DNA of 64,000 nt from Abditibacterium sp. (lineage in GTDB: Bacteria; Armatimonadota; Abditibacteriia; Abditibacteriales; Abditibacteriaceae): positions 768,001 through 832,000 of the forward strand of contig OZ251992.1 in assembly GCA_965246885.1 (NCBI GenBank), read 5' to 3'. The translations under genes and the position numbers were made by a program. Below are positions 19,153 through 29,769 of this stretch, piece by piece; position 1 is the first letter of the stretch, and every line of letters begins with the position of its first letter. Under the pieces are notes generated by a model. That model was not told the origin of the DNA. It made no database searches and saw only the letters and a list, made by a program, of their open reading frames with translations.

Positions 19153-20301
19153 TTATCGCGCATCTCCCTCCCGCACGACCCAATAGAACAGCGCGCTCCC
19201 GCCACTGGGGGCGCCCTTTAAATCCGGCGGGCACGTCAGGCGCGTCCGGCCATGCGCCGTCTTCCAAAAGATGTCCGCGACGTGCGACGGCACGAACTCG
19301 ATTTGCCCATCGGAGCGCCGCGCCGCGAGTTGTGCGAAATCGCCAGTTGTCACCAACACCGCCCCCCATGCGCCCTTCGACTTCCAAAAATTCTGCACAT
19401 CGAAAGCGCTCCAGCCGCCCGTGATAGGTGGCGTTTGGGCGTTCGTCGAGCCGCGCACTCGTAACGACAACGCCACGCGCGAGGCGGCTTCTGCTTCGGG
19501 GTCGTGAACAGACAGCATCCATAATTTCGCCCCGTCGCGGCTCCAGCCGAGCGATACGCGCGAGGTCTTCGTCCAATCGGTCTTGCCGAAAGTGCCTGCT
19601 TCCATTGGGCCGGGCGCTAAATACACGGGCCACTTCCCGCCGGTGGGCGCCCCGCCCAAAGTTAAGGGAGCACCATCTTTGACGAGACATTGCACCTCGC
19701 CCGTCCCCCATGTGTATGTGCGCAGTTGCGTGGGAGAAGGCCGCAAAACTGCCTCGAAGCGCGGCGCCTTTCCATCGCGCACGCCCACCACCCACGCTTG
19801 ATCCCAGTCAATGGCTGCCGCATTGAAGTACACCGCGCCGTTGTAGATGAGGGGCGCGACGTGATGCGCCCGGTCTTTCAAGACGATGCGATTGAAGCCG
19901 AACGGCCCGCCGTTGCACGCGGCGATGATGCGCCCGCCCTTGGCTTCGTGCGTCAAAATGTAGGCGGCGTTGCGGCCCCAGTAGCGGGCGCGGTCGTCAA
20001 AGGGGTGGGGACTGTCCGAGTTTTGGTCGAATAGTTCCAAGCGCAAGCGCGGGTTGGTCTTAAAGTCGAACTCGATCAAGTCCACGTCCGTTCCATCGGC
20101 GTCGCGCGCGATGAAATGCGTCACGCCGCGCGGCCCATTCTGGGTCTTCGCGCCGACGAGGGGCCACTTCGCCAACGCTGACGGAGGAGCCAAAACAGCG
20201 ATGGTCGCAGGAGCCACAACGGGAGCGCGCGTTTTCCACACCCACACGCCTAAAACCGCGAGGGCGCCGCCCATCAGCCACAGGTAAGTTTTTTCGGACA
20301 T
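19153..20301 (-). CDS. Membrane-anchored phosphodiester glycosidase (NAGPA/DUF2233)-like protein
   Basis: N-terminal TM; IIAACNGG; SRVSLGWSRDG.KLW; the canonical C-terminal DGGGS is not conserved. Confidence 0.55.
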   Translation of the reverse strand: MSEKTYLWLMGGALAVLGVWVWKTRAPVVAPATIAVLAPPSALAKWPLVGAKTQNGPRGVTHFIARDADGTDVDLIEFDFKTNPRLRLELFDQNSDSPHPFDDRARYWGRNAAYILTHEAKGGRIIAACNGGPFGFNRIVLKDRAHHVAPLIYNGAVYFNAAAIDWDQAWVVGVRDGKAPRFEAVLRPSPTQLRTYTWGTGEVQCLVKDGAPLTLGGAPTGGKWPVYLAPGPMEAGTFGKTDWTKTSRVSLGWSRDGAKLWMLSVHDPEAEAASRVALSLRVRGSTNAQTPPITGGWSAFDVQNFWKSKGAWGAVLVTTGDFAQLAARRSDGQIEFVPSHVADIFWKTAHGRTRLTCPPDLKGAPSGGSALFYWVVREGDAR

Positions 20302-20467
20302 GGCGCCTCCCCCCATTGAGACGCCTTGGAGTTTCCCTGACCGCGCGCCGCCGCGCCACCCCCTTAGGGTGTTGCCGATGGGTTTCGCGGCGGTAAAAGT
20401 TGGGCGCGAGGGGCTATTTTTGGCATTTTACTTGAAACTTCTCGTCCGGTCTGATATTCAATAAAGG

Positions 20468-20506
20468 GTGGCTTTTGATTTTCCCCTGAACAAAAGCCAC
20501 TTTCTT
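20468..20506 (+). promoter_or_regulatory. Hairpin plus T-rich tail in the long prkA upstream region
   Basis: gtggcttttg...caaaagccac followed by tttctt. Confidence 0.4.
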
Positions 20507-20730
20507 GCGTTCTACGCTTTCTTCCTTGCCAGTCTTTTGAAGCCCGACGACCGTTTTCCGGGCCACTCGACATAGGCGTCGCACCTTGCTCGTTGTTCAA
20601 TTTGAACACCGTAACGCCGCGCGACGCTTTCCTAAGGGCGTTCGCACATCCCCGAATGAGACGCCGCCGTTGTTGGAGCGGCGCTTAAACGGACACTTGC
20701 TCCCCATCTTCCGTCTCACAAGGAGGCTGC

Positions 20731-22761
20731 ATGAGCGCCCTGTTAGAAGCCCTTTCTTCGTTTCAAAATACAAATCAATACCAAGCCTTAGCTTGGGAAG
20801 GCACGTTTTCCGACTATCTCGAACGTGTCCAAGGCGCTCCGCACCTGAGCGGAACGGCTTACCAGCGCGTGTATGACATGATCCTCTCTTACGGCACCAC
20901 CGAATACGAGGAGAACAAAGAACCCATCACGCGCTACACCTTTTTCTCCGACCCCTTCGACAATGGCCGCGACGCCGTGTTCGGTTTAGATCGCGCCTTG
21001 ATGCAATTGGTGCAGTTCTTTAAATCTGCCGCGCGCGGCTACGGAACTGAAAAGCGCGTGTTGCTACTTCATGGCCCCGTTGGAAGCGCTAAATCAACTC
21101 TTGTGCGCCTTTTGAAGAAAGGCTTGGAGGCTTACTCGCATACCGAGCACGGCGCGCTTTACACCTTCGGTTGGAAGCAACCGGACGGCACTCTTATGGC
21201 GTGTCCGATGAACGAGGAGCCGCTCCATTTGGTGCCTGCCGAACTGCGCGGACAACTTGAAGCGATGCTCAACGAGGGCATCGAAGACCCCGAAAAGCAG
21301 GTCGCCATTCGCGGCGATTTGTGCCCGATGTGCCGCTTCTTGTTCCGCGAGGAACTCAAGCGCGCCGAGGGGGATTGGGCCAAAGCGCTCGATTCCGTCG
21401 TCGTTAAGCGCCTGATTTTAAGCGAGCAAGACCGCGTCGGCATCGGCACGTTCCAGCCCAAGGACGAGAAGAATCAGGATTCTACCGAGCTAACCGGCGA
21501 CATCAACTATCGCAAGATCGCCGAATACGGTAGCGAGTCCGACCCGCGCGCTTTCAACTTCGACGGCGAATTTAACATCGCCAACCGGGGATTGATTGAG
21601 TTCGTCGAAGTGTTGAAATTGGATGTCGCCTTTCTTTACGACCTGTTAGGTGCTTCTCAAGAGCACAAGATCAAGCCCAAGCGCTTCCCGCAGACCGATA
21701 TAGACGAGGTGATTATCGGTCACACGAACTCGCCGGAGTATAAGAAGCTCCAAAACAACGAGTTTATGGAGGCGTTGCGAGATCGGACGGTAAAGATAGA
21801 CATTCCGTATAATACCCGCCTCAGCGATGAAATCCGCATCTACGAGCGGGACTACAACTCCAAGCGTATCAAAGGGAAACATATCGCTCCGCATACCCTC
21901 GAAATCGCTGCGATGTGGGCCGTCATGACTCGTTTAGAGGAACCGCATAAGGCCGACCTCAGCTTGCTCCAAAAGCTCAAGTTGTATGATGGCAAGACGT
22001 TGCCTGGATACACTGAAGACAACATCCGCGAACTTCGCACGCAGGCCAAGAACGAGGGGATGGAGGGCATTTCGCCTCGCTATGTTCAAGATAAAATCTC
22101 GAACGCGCTCGTCAGCGATATTCACGGCACTTCCATCAACCCGTTCATGGTGTTGAACGAGTTGGAAGAGGGGTTGCGCAGTCACTCGCTGATTAACTCT
22201 GAGGAAACAAAGAAGCGTTACCGCGAACTATTCGCCGTTGTCAAATCGGAATACGACGAGATCGTTAAGTCCGAGGTGCAACGTGCTATCGCTGCCGACG
22301 AAGAAGCTCTCAAACGACTCAGTGGTAACTACATAGACAACTTGAACGCTTACGTGTCCAAGCAGAAAGTCAAGAACAAATTCACTGGCGCTGACGAGAA
22401 TCCCGATGAACGTCTCATGCGCTCCGTCGAAGAGAAGATAGACATCCCCGAATCGCGTAAGGACGACTTCCGCCGCGAAATCATGAATTACATCGGTTCG
22501 ATGGCGCTACAAGGCAAGGTCTTCGCGCACGACTCTAATCCTCGCTTGCACCGCGCACTAGAACTGAAGCTGTTTGAAGATCAGAAGGATTCCATCAAAC
22601 TCACCTCCATCGTTTCCAACGTTGTGGACAAGGACACGCAAGAGAAGATAGACATCGTTAAAACCCGGCTCATCAAAGAGTTCGGTTACGATGACCAAAG
22701 CGCCAACGATGTCTTGCAATACGTCGCTTCCATCTTCGCACGCGGCGACGCGCGGAAGTAA
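20731..22761 (+). CDS. prkA: PrkA/YeaG family AAA+ serine protein kinase
   Basis: [64 protein letters not shown] aggagg. Confidence 0.95.
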   Translation: MSALLEALSSFQNTNQYQALAWEGTFSDYLERVQGAPHLSGTAYQRVYDMILSYGTTEYEENKEPITRYTFFSDPFDNGRDAVFGLDRALMQLVQFFKSAARGYGTEKRVLLLHGPVGSAKSTLVRLLKKGLEAYSHTEHGALYTFGWKQPDGTLMACPMNEEPLHLVPAELRGQLEAMLNEGIEDPEKQVAIRGDLCPMCRFLFREELKRAEGDWAKALDSVVVKRLILSEQDRVGIGTFQPKDEKNQDSTELTGDINYRKIAEYGSESDPRAFNFDGEFNIANRGLIEFVEVLKLDVAFLYDLLGASQEHKIKPKRFPQTDIDEVIIGHTNSPEYKKLQNNEFMEALRDRTVKIDIPYNTRLSDEIRIYERDYNSKRIKGKHIAPHTLEIAAMWAVMTRLEEPHKADLSLLQKLKLYDGKTLPGYTEDNIRELRTQAKNEGMEGISPRYVQDKISNALVSDIHGTSINPFMVLNELEEGLRSHSLINSEETKKRYRELFAVVKSEYDEIVKSEVQRAIAADEEALKRLSGNYIDNLNAYVSKQKVKNKFTGADENPDERLMRSVEEKIDIPESRKDDFRREIMNYIGSMALQGKVFAHDSNPRLHRALELKLFEDQKDSIKLTSIVSNVVDKDTQEKIDIVKTRLIKEFGYDDQSANDVLQYVASIFARGDARK

Positions 22762-22800
22762 GAACGAACTGCTTCGAGAATAGCCAAGGAGGGCTAAACA

Positions 22801-23898
22801 ATGGCTCAGAAGATAGATTCGGATGCAGCGCGGTTTCGGCAAATCGTGCGCGGCAAGATCAAGTCGCAACTCAAGGAATATATTTCCAACGGCGAAATGA
22901 TTGGCAAGAAAGGCCGCGACTTGGTTTCCATACCCGTCCCGCAGATTACCCTGCCCCAGTTCCGCTTCGGCCATAAACAAACCGGCGGTGCGGGGCAGGG
23001 CGAGGGCGATGTCGGGCAACCTCTCGGCGGCGATGGGAGTCAAAAGGGCAAAGCGGGGCAGGGCGGGGGCAAGCACATCCTCGAAGTAGACGTGTCGCTG
23101 GATGAACTCGCCCAAATGTTGGGCGAGGAACTCGAACTGCCGCGAATCGAGCCGCGCGGCAAAAAGAATATCACTCAAACCGTAGACAAATACACCGGTA
23201 TTTCCACTACTGGCCCGCAATCGCTGCGACACTTTAAACGCACCTACAAACAGGCCCTACGCCGCCAAGTGCTAACAGGCACTTACGACCCCGTTGATCC
23301 GAAAATCGTGCCGGTTAAGGAGGACACTCGCTACCGTTCTTGGAACACCGAAACCAAACCCGAAGCCAACGCTGCCATCATCTATGCGATGGATGTGTCG
23401 GGTTCGATGGGCGATGAACAAAAAGAGTTAGTCCGCATCACCGCGTTTTGGCTCGATACATGGCTGCGCTCGCAATACAAAGAACTATCGCGCGCCTATA
23501 TAGTCCATGACTCGACCGCGCGCGAGGTAGACGAGCACACCTTCTATCATACCCGCGAAGGCGGAGGGACGAAGATTAGTTCGGCATTCAAAGCGATGAA
23601 CGCGTTGATAGACGAACGCTTCCCGCCGAGCGAGTGGAATATCTACTGCTTTCACTTTTCCGACGGCGATAACTGGGAAGAGGACAACGACTTGTGCGCG
23701 ACGCTGTTGGAGGAACAAATGTTGCCCAAAGTCAATCAGTTCTCCTACGGACAAGTGACGAGTTATTGGGGGTCAGGACAGTTCTTGCAAGAGTTGACCG
23801 AAGACTTTGGAGAGGAGGAAAAGGTTGTAGCCTGTGAAATTAATGACCGCGACGAAGTTCTGGGCGCGCTCAAAACATTTTTAGGGAAAGGTAGGTGA
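22801..23898 (+). CDS. yeaH: YeaH/YhbH (DUF444, vWA-like) protein
   Basis: ELELPRIEP, DTRYR, MDVSGSM, GGTKISSA, WNIYCFHFSDGDNW. Confidence 0.92.
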   Translation: MAQKIDSDAARFRQIVRGKIKSQLKEYISNGEMIGKKGRDLVSIPVPQITLPQFRFGHKQTGGAGQGEGDVGQPLGGDGSQKGKAGQGGGKHILEVDVSLDELAQMLGEELELPRIEPRGKKNITQTVDKYTGISTTGPQSLRHFKRTYKQALRRQVLTGTYDPVDPKIVPVKEDTRYRSWNTETKPEANAAIIYAMDVSGSMGDEQKELVRITAFWLDTWLRSQYKELSRAYIVHDSTAREVDEHTFYHTREGGGTKISSAFKAMNALIDERFPPSEWNIYCFHFSDGDNWEEDNDLCATLLEEQMLPKVNQFSYGQVTSYWGSGQFLQELTEDFGEEEKVVACEINDRDEVLGALKTFLGKGR

Positions 23899-23904
23899 CG
23901 CACG

Positions 23905-25383
23905 ATGCTATCATCCAAACAAGTGCGCGATGCGCAAGAAGAAATCGAGGACTATGCCGTCGCAATGGGTTTTGACTTCTTCCCCATTGTGTATGAGATG
24001 TGCTCCCATGAGACTATTTCCGAGGTCGCGGCTTTTGGCGGCTTCCCGACGCGCTATCCGCACTGGTCGTTTGGGATGGAGTACGAGCGACTGTCCAAAG
24101 GATATGGTTACGGCTTGCAGAAGATATACGAGATGGTGATCAACACTGATCCAGTGTATGCTTATCTACTCGACACGAATCAACTCGTTGACCAGCAATT
24201 GGTGATTGCCCACGTCTGTGGGCACGCGCATTTCTTCAAGCATAACTACATGTTCGGCCCGACGAACCGGAAGATGCTAGATGAGATGGCGAATCACGCG
24301 GTGCGGGTGCGGCGCTACATGGCAAAGTATGGGGTGGATACCGTCGAGAACTTCATTGACTGCTGTCTGACAGTGGATGATTTAATAGATCAGCACGCGC
24401 CCTTTATTAAGCGACATGAAGAGGCGCCGCTTAACTCCAATGAGGATGGCGAAGAAGCGCAGATTTCGCAGCGTTTAAAGGGCGACCGCTCGTATATGCG
24501 CGACTTTATTAATCCACCCGCTTGGGTCGAAGAGCAGCGCCAAAAGGCGCGCGACGAAGCCCAAGAAGCGCGGCGCTTTCCGGGGGAGCCGCGCCGCGAT
24601 GTTTTGGAGTTTTTGTTGCATTATGCGCCGTTGGAATCTTGGCAACGGGATGTGCTGGACATAATCCGCGAGGAAGCCTATTACTTTGCTCCACAGGGGC
24701 AAACGAAGATAATGAACGAAGGGTGCGCGTGTTGGGCGCACACGCGGCTGATGACCAAGCACATTCTTAAGGCGGAAGATGTCGTGGACTACGCGGATCA
24801 TCATTCGGGAACAGTCGCCGCTCATCCGGGAAGAATCAATCCCTACCGCTTGGGATTGGCGCTTCTCAACAATATCGAGGAACGCTGGAACAAAGGGCAG
24901 TTCGGACGCGAATGGGAGGGGATAGAAGATTGGAAAACCAAGAAAGCCTTCGATAACGGCGCGATGTTTGGCAAAGAGAAGGTCTTCGAGGTTTGGAAGC
25001 ACTACAACGATGTATCGTTCCTCGACGAGTTCCTCACGCCGGAGTTCGTGGCGGAACATATGCTGTTCGGCTACGATTGGAACGACGAAACAGAAATGTA
25101 TGAGGTTGCTACACGCGACTTTCCGAAGGTGAAAGAAAAGCTGCTGTTCGGGTTATCCAATCACGGGCGCCCGTTTATCTACGTCGTGGACGGGAACTAC
25201 GAGAACCGGGGCGAACTATTGCTCCAGCATCGCTACGAGGGCATCGAACTAAATGCCGACGAAGCGACGGATGTGTTGCGCAACGTGCAAACCATTTGGG
25301 GGCGTCCCGTGCACTTGGAGACCGTGCAAAATGATCATCAAGTGATTCTGAGCTTCGATGGGCAGGTCACAATCAAAGTTTAA
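23905..25383 (+). CDS. spoVR: SpoVR/YcgB family protein
   Basis: GFPTRYPHWSFG, KIYEMVIN, AHVCGHAHFFK, EAYYFAPQGQTKIMNEG, NPYRLG. Confidence 0.95.
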   Translation: MLSSKQVRDAQEEIEDYAVAMGFDFFPIVYEMCSHETISEVAAFGGFPTRYPHWSFGMEYERLSKGYGYGLQKIYEMVINTDPVYAYLLDTNQLVDQQLVIAHVCGHAHFFKHNYMFGPTNRKMLDEMANHAVRVRRYMAKYGVDTVENFIDCCLTVDDLIDQHAPFIKRHEEAPLNSNEDGEEAQISQRLKGDRSYMRDFINPPAWVEEQRQKARDEAQEARRFPGEPRRDVLEFLLHYAPLESWQRDVLDIIREEAYYFAPQGQTKIMNEGCACWAHTRLMTKHILKAEDVVDYADHHSGTVAAHPGRINPYRLGLALLNNIEERWNKGQFGREWEGIEDWKTKKAFDNGAMFGKEKVFEVWKHYNDVSFLDEFLTPEFVAEHMLFGYDWNDETEMYEVATRDFPKVKEKLLFGLSNHGRPFIYVVDGNYENRGELLLQHRYEGIELNADEATDVLRNVQTIWGRPVHLETVQNDHQVILSFDGQVTIKV

Positions 25384-25395
25384 AGGAGGTCTGGA

Positions 25396-25908
25396 ATGTC
25401 TTTAGGAAAACGCTTAGTTCAATCGGCACAAAAAGAAGCGGCGTTGGGGAGGCCCCTGCCGCTCGAAGCGAGCGCGAGCGAAACGCTCAAGGGTGGCGCG
25501 ACCATCCACGCCCACGCGCGCTTGGTCGACGCCGATAAATACACCAAACTCACCGGCGAAGTCCGCGTTTCACTTGAAAGCACGGCCCCCAAGAGCGCTG
25601 GCTTGACGCCCCAAGAACGCGCCGAACGGTTCGCGGCGGGCGCGACGTATCTCAGCGAGGCCCTCGCGTTTGTCGAAACCGATGCGGGCGGCACGGCCAT
25701 CGTGCGCTCGACGCCCGAAACGATGACCGGGCGCCGAAGCGCTTACTACGAAGCGCAAGTCAAAGCCGACGAAGTGCGCTTGCAACGCTTTCGGGCTGCC
25801 GAGAGTGGGCCGGGGCGCGAAGCCGTTCCCTTCCCCTTGACGGACGACACCCTCGCGCGCCTTGTGGAAGACGCCGCGAGAGCGCTCAAGCCCCGCAGCG
25901 AACGATAG
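25396..25908 (+). CDS. Hypothetical protein, fourth gene of the prkA operon
   Basis: Strong SD aaggagg, 12-nt gap after the spoVR stop; TYL.E....E.D...RS.P...YYE pattern. Confidence 0.8.
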   Translation: MSLGKRLVQSAQKEAALGRPLPLEASASETLKGGATIHAHARLVDADKYTKLTGEVRVSLESTAPKSAGLTPQERAERFAAGATYLSEALAFVETDAGGTAIVRSTPETMTGRRSAYYEAQVKADEVRLQRFRAAESGPGREAVPFPLTDDTLARLVEDAARALKPRSER

Positions 25909-25931
25909 TAGGGACGGCGCGAGAGAATCCG

Positions 25932-27203
25932 CTACTGCTGAAGAGGCGGCGCAGGCGGAGTCGTGGGTAAATCGGCAGGCGCGATGGCCGCCGGGTCAGT
26001 CGGCGCGGCTTGACCGTCGGTCAGTTTCTTGATTTGCTCGCGCGCGAAGTGCGCGACGTTGGTGTTTCCTTTTACGTCGGCGAGTTTGGCGGCGGCCTCG
26101 TACTGCTCGCGGGCGCCGAGGGTATCTCCCGTTGCGCGCAGGGCGTTCGCGTACATGAGTGTCAAGTCGAGGCGCTGATTGTCGTCGTGGACACTATTGA
26201 GGCGCGGCGCCGCCATATCGAGGTATTTCTTCGCCCCCGCCGCATCCGTTGCGCCTTGTAACGACGCGATTAACAACATTGAGCGCGTCGCGTCGTCAGA
26301 TTTACCGCTCGCTTCTTCCAATGGATACAAGCGCATGAGCGCAGCGATGGCATCCACCGGTTTGTTCGCGCGCAAATAAAGCGCGGTCAATCCGTCCATC
26401 ACCCCCACTTGAAGCGAGATTGGAGTTTGCTGCGCGAGTTTGAACGCGCGCTCGTAGAGAGTCGCCGCCTCGTCGGTTTTCCCAGCCGTGCCTAAAATAT
26501 CGGCCTGCCCTTCGAGGCCCAGCACCTGCGCGAGCGGGTTGCCGATGCGCTCGCCAAGGGTTTGCCCGCGCTTGAACGATTCGAGCGCTTTCTCCGGCTG
26601 CTTGAGTTCCAAATACAAAATCGCCACATCCTGACTGGCGAGTGCCTCGCCCGATGCGTCGTTCATGCCAGAGGCCGTTTCCGCCGCTTTGCGCGCCAAA
26701 TCGAGCGCTTTGGTCAATTGTCCGGCGGCGCGCGCCGCGCGGCTTTGGTCAATCAACTTGCTGGAATAGGGGTTCGACTCCAGCGTGCCGACGGTGGTGA
26801 GGTCGCCGTATCCTTGGAGCAGAATGACCTCGCGGACAATAACCGTGCCGTCCGGCCCGTTTTTGCCGATGACGGCGATGGTGGACTTGAGCTTGACATC
26901 CTTGAGCGCCACTTTTTGGGTTTTGCCGATGGGATGAATGACGGCGCCCAGCGCGAGTTGGACAGTCTTGTTTTTCACTTCGTCAAACTCGGTCGAAACG
27001 CCGCGCGGCGACGTCCACGAGATGGCGTCGAGTTGCCACGTTCCGGCGCCTAAAATGGCGGTGATTTTGCCGTCCAAACGCAGTTCGCCCGCGTTGATTT
27101 TTTCCAAAGAGGACGGCTTGGTGGACGCTTGGGGCTTGGCATCGGCGGCAAGCGCCAAAGGCGCGGCGCCGAGCAGCAAGAGAGGAAGCAGGATTTTTTG
27201 CAT
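25932..27203 (-). CDS. Secreted TPR-repeat protein with an N-terminal beta-rich (DUF5666/OB-like) domain
   Basis: Signal peptide; GKITAI...VIGKNGPDGTVIVREVIL; several TPR-like helices. Confidence 0.7.
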   Translation of the reverse strand: MQKILLPLLLLGAAPLALAADAKPQASTKPSSLEKINAGELRLDGKITAILGAGTWQLDAISWTSPRGVSTEFDEVKNKTVQLALGAVIHPIGKTQKVALKDVKLKSTIAVIGKNGPDGTVIVREVILLQGYGDLTTVGTLESNPYSSKLIDQSRAARAAGQLTKALDLARKAAETASGMNDASGEALASQDVAILYLELKQPEKALESFKRGQTLGERIGNPLAQVLGLEGQADILGTAGKTDEAATLYERAFKLAQQTPISLQVGVMDGLTALYLRANKPVDAIAALMRLYPLEEASGKSDDATRSMLLIASLQGATDAAGAKKYLDMAAPRLNSVHDDNQRLDLTLMYANALRATGDTLGAREQYEAAAKLADVKGNTNVAHFAREQIKKLTDGQAAPTDPAAIAPADLPTTPPAPPLQQ

Positions 27204-27261
27204 CGGGTTAAGGTTCCCACACCCAGTTTAAGAGGCTATGAAAATTGCAAACTACTCCTTC

Positions 27262-27933
27262 ATGACCCCGCTCCATTCGTGGGATTTATCGCCGTCCGAG
27301 GCCGTCGCGCTGCAACGGGAATTGGCGTTGCGCGTGGAGGTAGTGCCCCTTGCCGCGCCGCCGCGCTTCATCGCAGGCGCGGACTTGTCGTTCGATAAAG
27401 GCTCGGACATCGTGTGGGCGGGCATCGTGGTCTTATCATTTCCCGATTTGGAAGTGGTCGAGGAGCGCGGCTTGCAAACGAAGGCGCCGTTTCCCTATAT
27501 ACCGGGGCTACTGTCATTTCGGGAAGCGCCTGCTCTGTTACAAGTGTGGGAGTTGCTCGAACATAAGCCGGATGTGCTGGTGTTGGACGGGCAGGGGTTA
27601 GCGCATCCGCGCCGCTTTGGACTTGCGTGTCACCTCGGTTTGTGGCTTCAAACGCCGACGTATGGCAGTGCGAAGACGCTCTTTGTTGGGGAGTTCGAGG
27701 CGTTGGGCGAAGAGCGCGGCGCGGTCGCCGACTTGGTGCATCGCGGCGAAGTGGTCGGCGCGGCGGTGCGCACCAAGAGCAAAACCACCCCAGTTTACGT
27801 GTCGGTGGGACATAAACTCACGCTCTCTGATGCCGTCGGGCTGACGCTCGCCTGCGATGGCGGATACCGCGTGCCCGAACCGACGCGGCGCGCGCATTTG
27901 TTCGTGAATCGGTTGCGACGCGGGGAGAGTTAG
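27262..27933 (+). CDS. nfi: Endonuclease V
   Basis: IAGADLSF, FPYIPGLLSFRE, DGQGLAHPRRFGLACHLG, PVYVSVGH, YRVPEPTR. Confidence 0.96.
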   Translation: MTPLHSWDLSPSEAVALQRELALRVEVVPLAAPPRFIAGADLSFDKGSDIVWAGIVVLSFPDLEVVEERGLQTKAPFPYIPGLLSFREAPALLQVWELLEHKPDVLVLDGQGLAHPRRFGLACHLGLWLQTPTYGSAKTLFVGEFEALGEERGAVADLVHRGEVVGAAVRTKSKTTPVYVSVGHKLTLSDAVGLTLACDGGYRVPEPTRRAHLFVNRLRRGES

Positions 27934-28817
27934 CGCCGCAGTTTGCTTAGGCCGTACTTGGCGAGCGATCTGAGCGTGTAGACGGGCGCCATTTTGAAGG
28001 AAAGCAGCAAGAACTTACGCGCCTGCGCCGTTTGGCCGTCTTTAAAGTGGACGCGGCTGCGGTCGTAGGCCTTGGCTCCCCACGCGTTACGGGTGGGCTT
28101 GAAGTTACTGATGGCGGCGCGCTCCGCTTGTCGGTTTCCTTCGATGCGAGCTATGCGGATGTGGTTCTTCAAAATCATGAATTGCTCTTCAACCGAAGCG
28201 GCGACATTGCTGGAAATGTTGAAACTATGCACCCGGTATCCGGCCAACGGCTTGGGCACGAACCCGATGTCGTGATGCATGGCGATCTTGAGCCACATAT
28301 CGTAATCTTGGTTGAGGCGCGCCAGAGGATCCATTAAACCGGATTCGGCCAGACATGTCCGGCGAATCACCACTGTCGAAGCGCAGATGAGGTTCGAGGC
28401 CAAAAGTCCGACGTAGTTCTTAATGTCACCGCCAAACCCCGGCCCAGTGACAAGGCCATCTTCATCTATCACTTCGTGGGCGGTGTGGCACATGCCAAAC
28501 TCTGGGTGTTGTTCCATGAGTTCCAGTTGCAAGGCCAGTTTTTCGGGATACCACACATCATCGGCATCCAGAAGCGCAATGTACGGCCCGTCCGAAGCGA
28601 GCATGGCCACGTTGCGCGCGACCGACGCGCCCTTGTTGCTTTGCCGGATGAGCCGCACGCGCGAGTCCATCCGCTCAACGCGGCTTAGGTCTTCTTTGGA
28701 GCCGTCATCCACCACGATGCACTCCCAGTCGCGGTGCGTTTGGGCGAGGAGCGACTCGATGGCGAGGTCTATGTACGGCCCCGGATTGTAAGCGGGCATC
28801 ACGATGCTGAACTTCAT
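27930..28817 (-). CDS. Glycosyltransferase family 2
   Basis: SIVMPAYN, VVDDGS, NKGASVARN, LDADD, QDYDMWLK. Confidence 0.93.
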   Translation of the reverse strand: MKFSIVMPAYNPGPYIDLAIESLLAQTHRDWECIVVDDGSKEDLSRVERMDSRVRLIRQSNKGASVARNVAMLASDGPYIALLDADDVWYPEKLALQLELMEQHPEFGMCHTAHEVIDEDGLVTGPGFGGDIKNYVGLLASNLICASTVVIRRTCLAESGLMDPLARLNQDYDMWLKIAMHHDIGFVPKPLAGYRVHSFNISSNVAASVEEQFMILKNHIRIARIEGNRQAERAAISNFKPTRNAWGAKAYDRSRVHFKDGQTAQARKFLLLSFKMAPVYTLRSLAKYGLSKLRR

Positions 28818-28909
28818 AGCGGCAAACGAACTGCCTTGCAGTTAACACTTTTCCTCCCATAAGGGGCGACACACGAAAGTCGGAAAGGGTAAAATCGCTT
28901 GGGATTTTT

Positions 28910-29551
28910 ATGCTCCAACCCAACGACGACATTGTGTTTTTCGGCGATTCCATCACCGATTGTGGCCGCGACCGCGACGCACCTGCGGGCGCCGAAGCGG
29001 GCTGGGGGAATGGCTACGCCGCCATGCTGTCCGCCCAACTGAGCGCGCGCTCTCCCGAACTTCTGCTGCGCTTTTCCAATAAAGGCGTGTCGGGCGACCG
29101 CGTGTCCGACCTCGAAGCGCGCTTGGAGCGCGACGTGCTCAGCCTGCGTCCCAACCTCGTTTCCATCCTGATTGGCATCAACGACGTGTGGCGCGAGTTC
29201 GATTCCGGCATCCCCTCGCCCATCGAAGAGTTCCGCGCCTCGTATCGGCGCATTTTGGAGCGCATCACGGCGGCAGGGAGCGAGCTAATCTTGATCGATC
29301 CCTTCGTCCTCCGCACGCGCGCCGAGTTCGATGCATGGCGCCCCGTGCTTGACCCGAAGATTGAGGTTGTCCGCGAAATGGCCCACGAGTTCGCCGCCAC
29401 CCATGTCCCGGTGGACGACATTTTCGCCGCCGCCAGTCAAAAGCGCGACGCCGCATTTTGGGCCGAAGACGCCGTGCATCCGACCCTCGCAGGCCATGCC
29501 CTCATCGCGCAAAGCTGGCTTCAAGCCATCGGTCGCGCCGACGACCGATAG
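28910..29551 (+). CDS. SGNH/GDSL hydrolase
   Basis: FFGDSITD, NKGVSG, LIGIND, DAVHP. Confidence 0.93.
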   Translation: MLQPNDDIVFFGDSITDCGRDRDAPAGAEAGWGNGYAAMLSAQLSARSPELLLRFSNKGVSGDRVSDLEARLERDVLSLRPNLVSILIGINDVWREFDSGIPSPIEEFRASYRRILERITAAGSELILIDPFVLRTRAEFDAWRPVLDPKIEVVREMAHEFAATHVPVDDIFAAASQKRDAAFWAEDAVHPTLAGHALIAQSWLQAIGRADDR

Positions 29552-29559
29552 GGCCGCGC

Positions 29560-29740
29560 CAACGGTTAATTTATGCGCGCCGACCGTCCACGCGCCTAAT
29601 TCTTCCGCCCACGCGCCTATTCTTCCGCTCACTTGTGTGATTCCGCCGTTGACGCAGCTAACTCTTTCCTTGGCACGCCTAATTCTTCGGAAGAATTACG
29701 TGTATGGACGGAAGAATTAAGCCGTTCATGGAGGTAATCT
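29560..29740. repeat. Intergenic 21-nt-period array that inverts at a palindromic junction
   Basis: ccacgcgcctaattcttccgc, ccacgcgcctattcttccgc, tggcacgcctaattcttcgga, then reverse-complement ggaagaatta units. Confidence 0.75.
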
Positions 29741-29769
29741 GGCGGCGCGTTTACACTGCGCCTTCTCTC

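Noticed and set aside
20364..20609. 81-aa minus-strand ORF in the prkA upstream region
   Set aside because: Atypical composition and no motifs; the region is better explained as regulatory.
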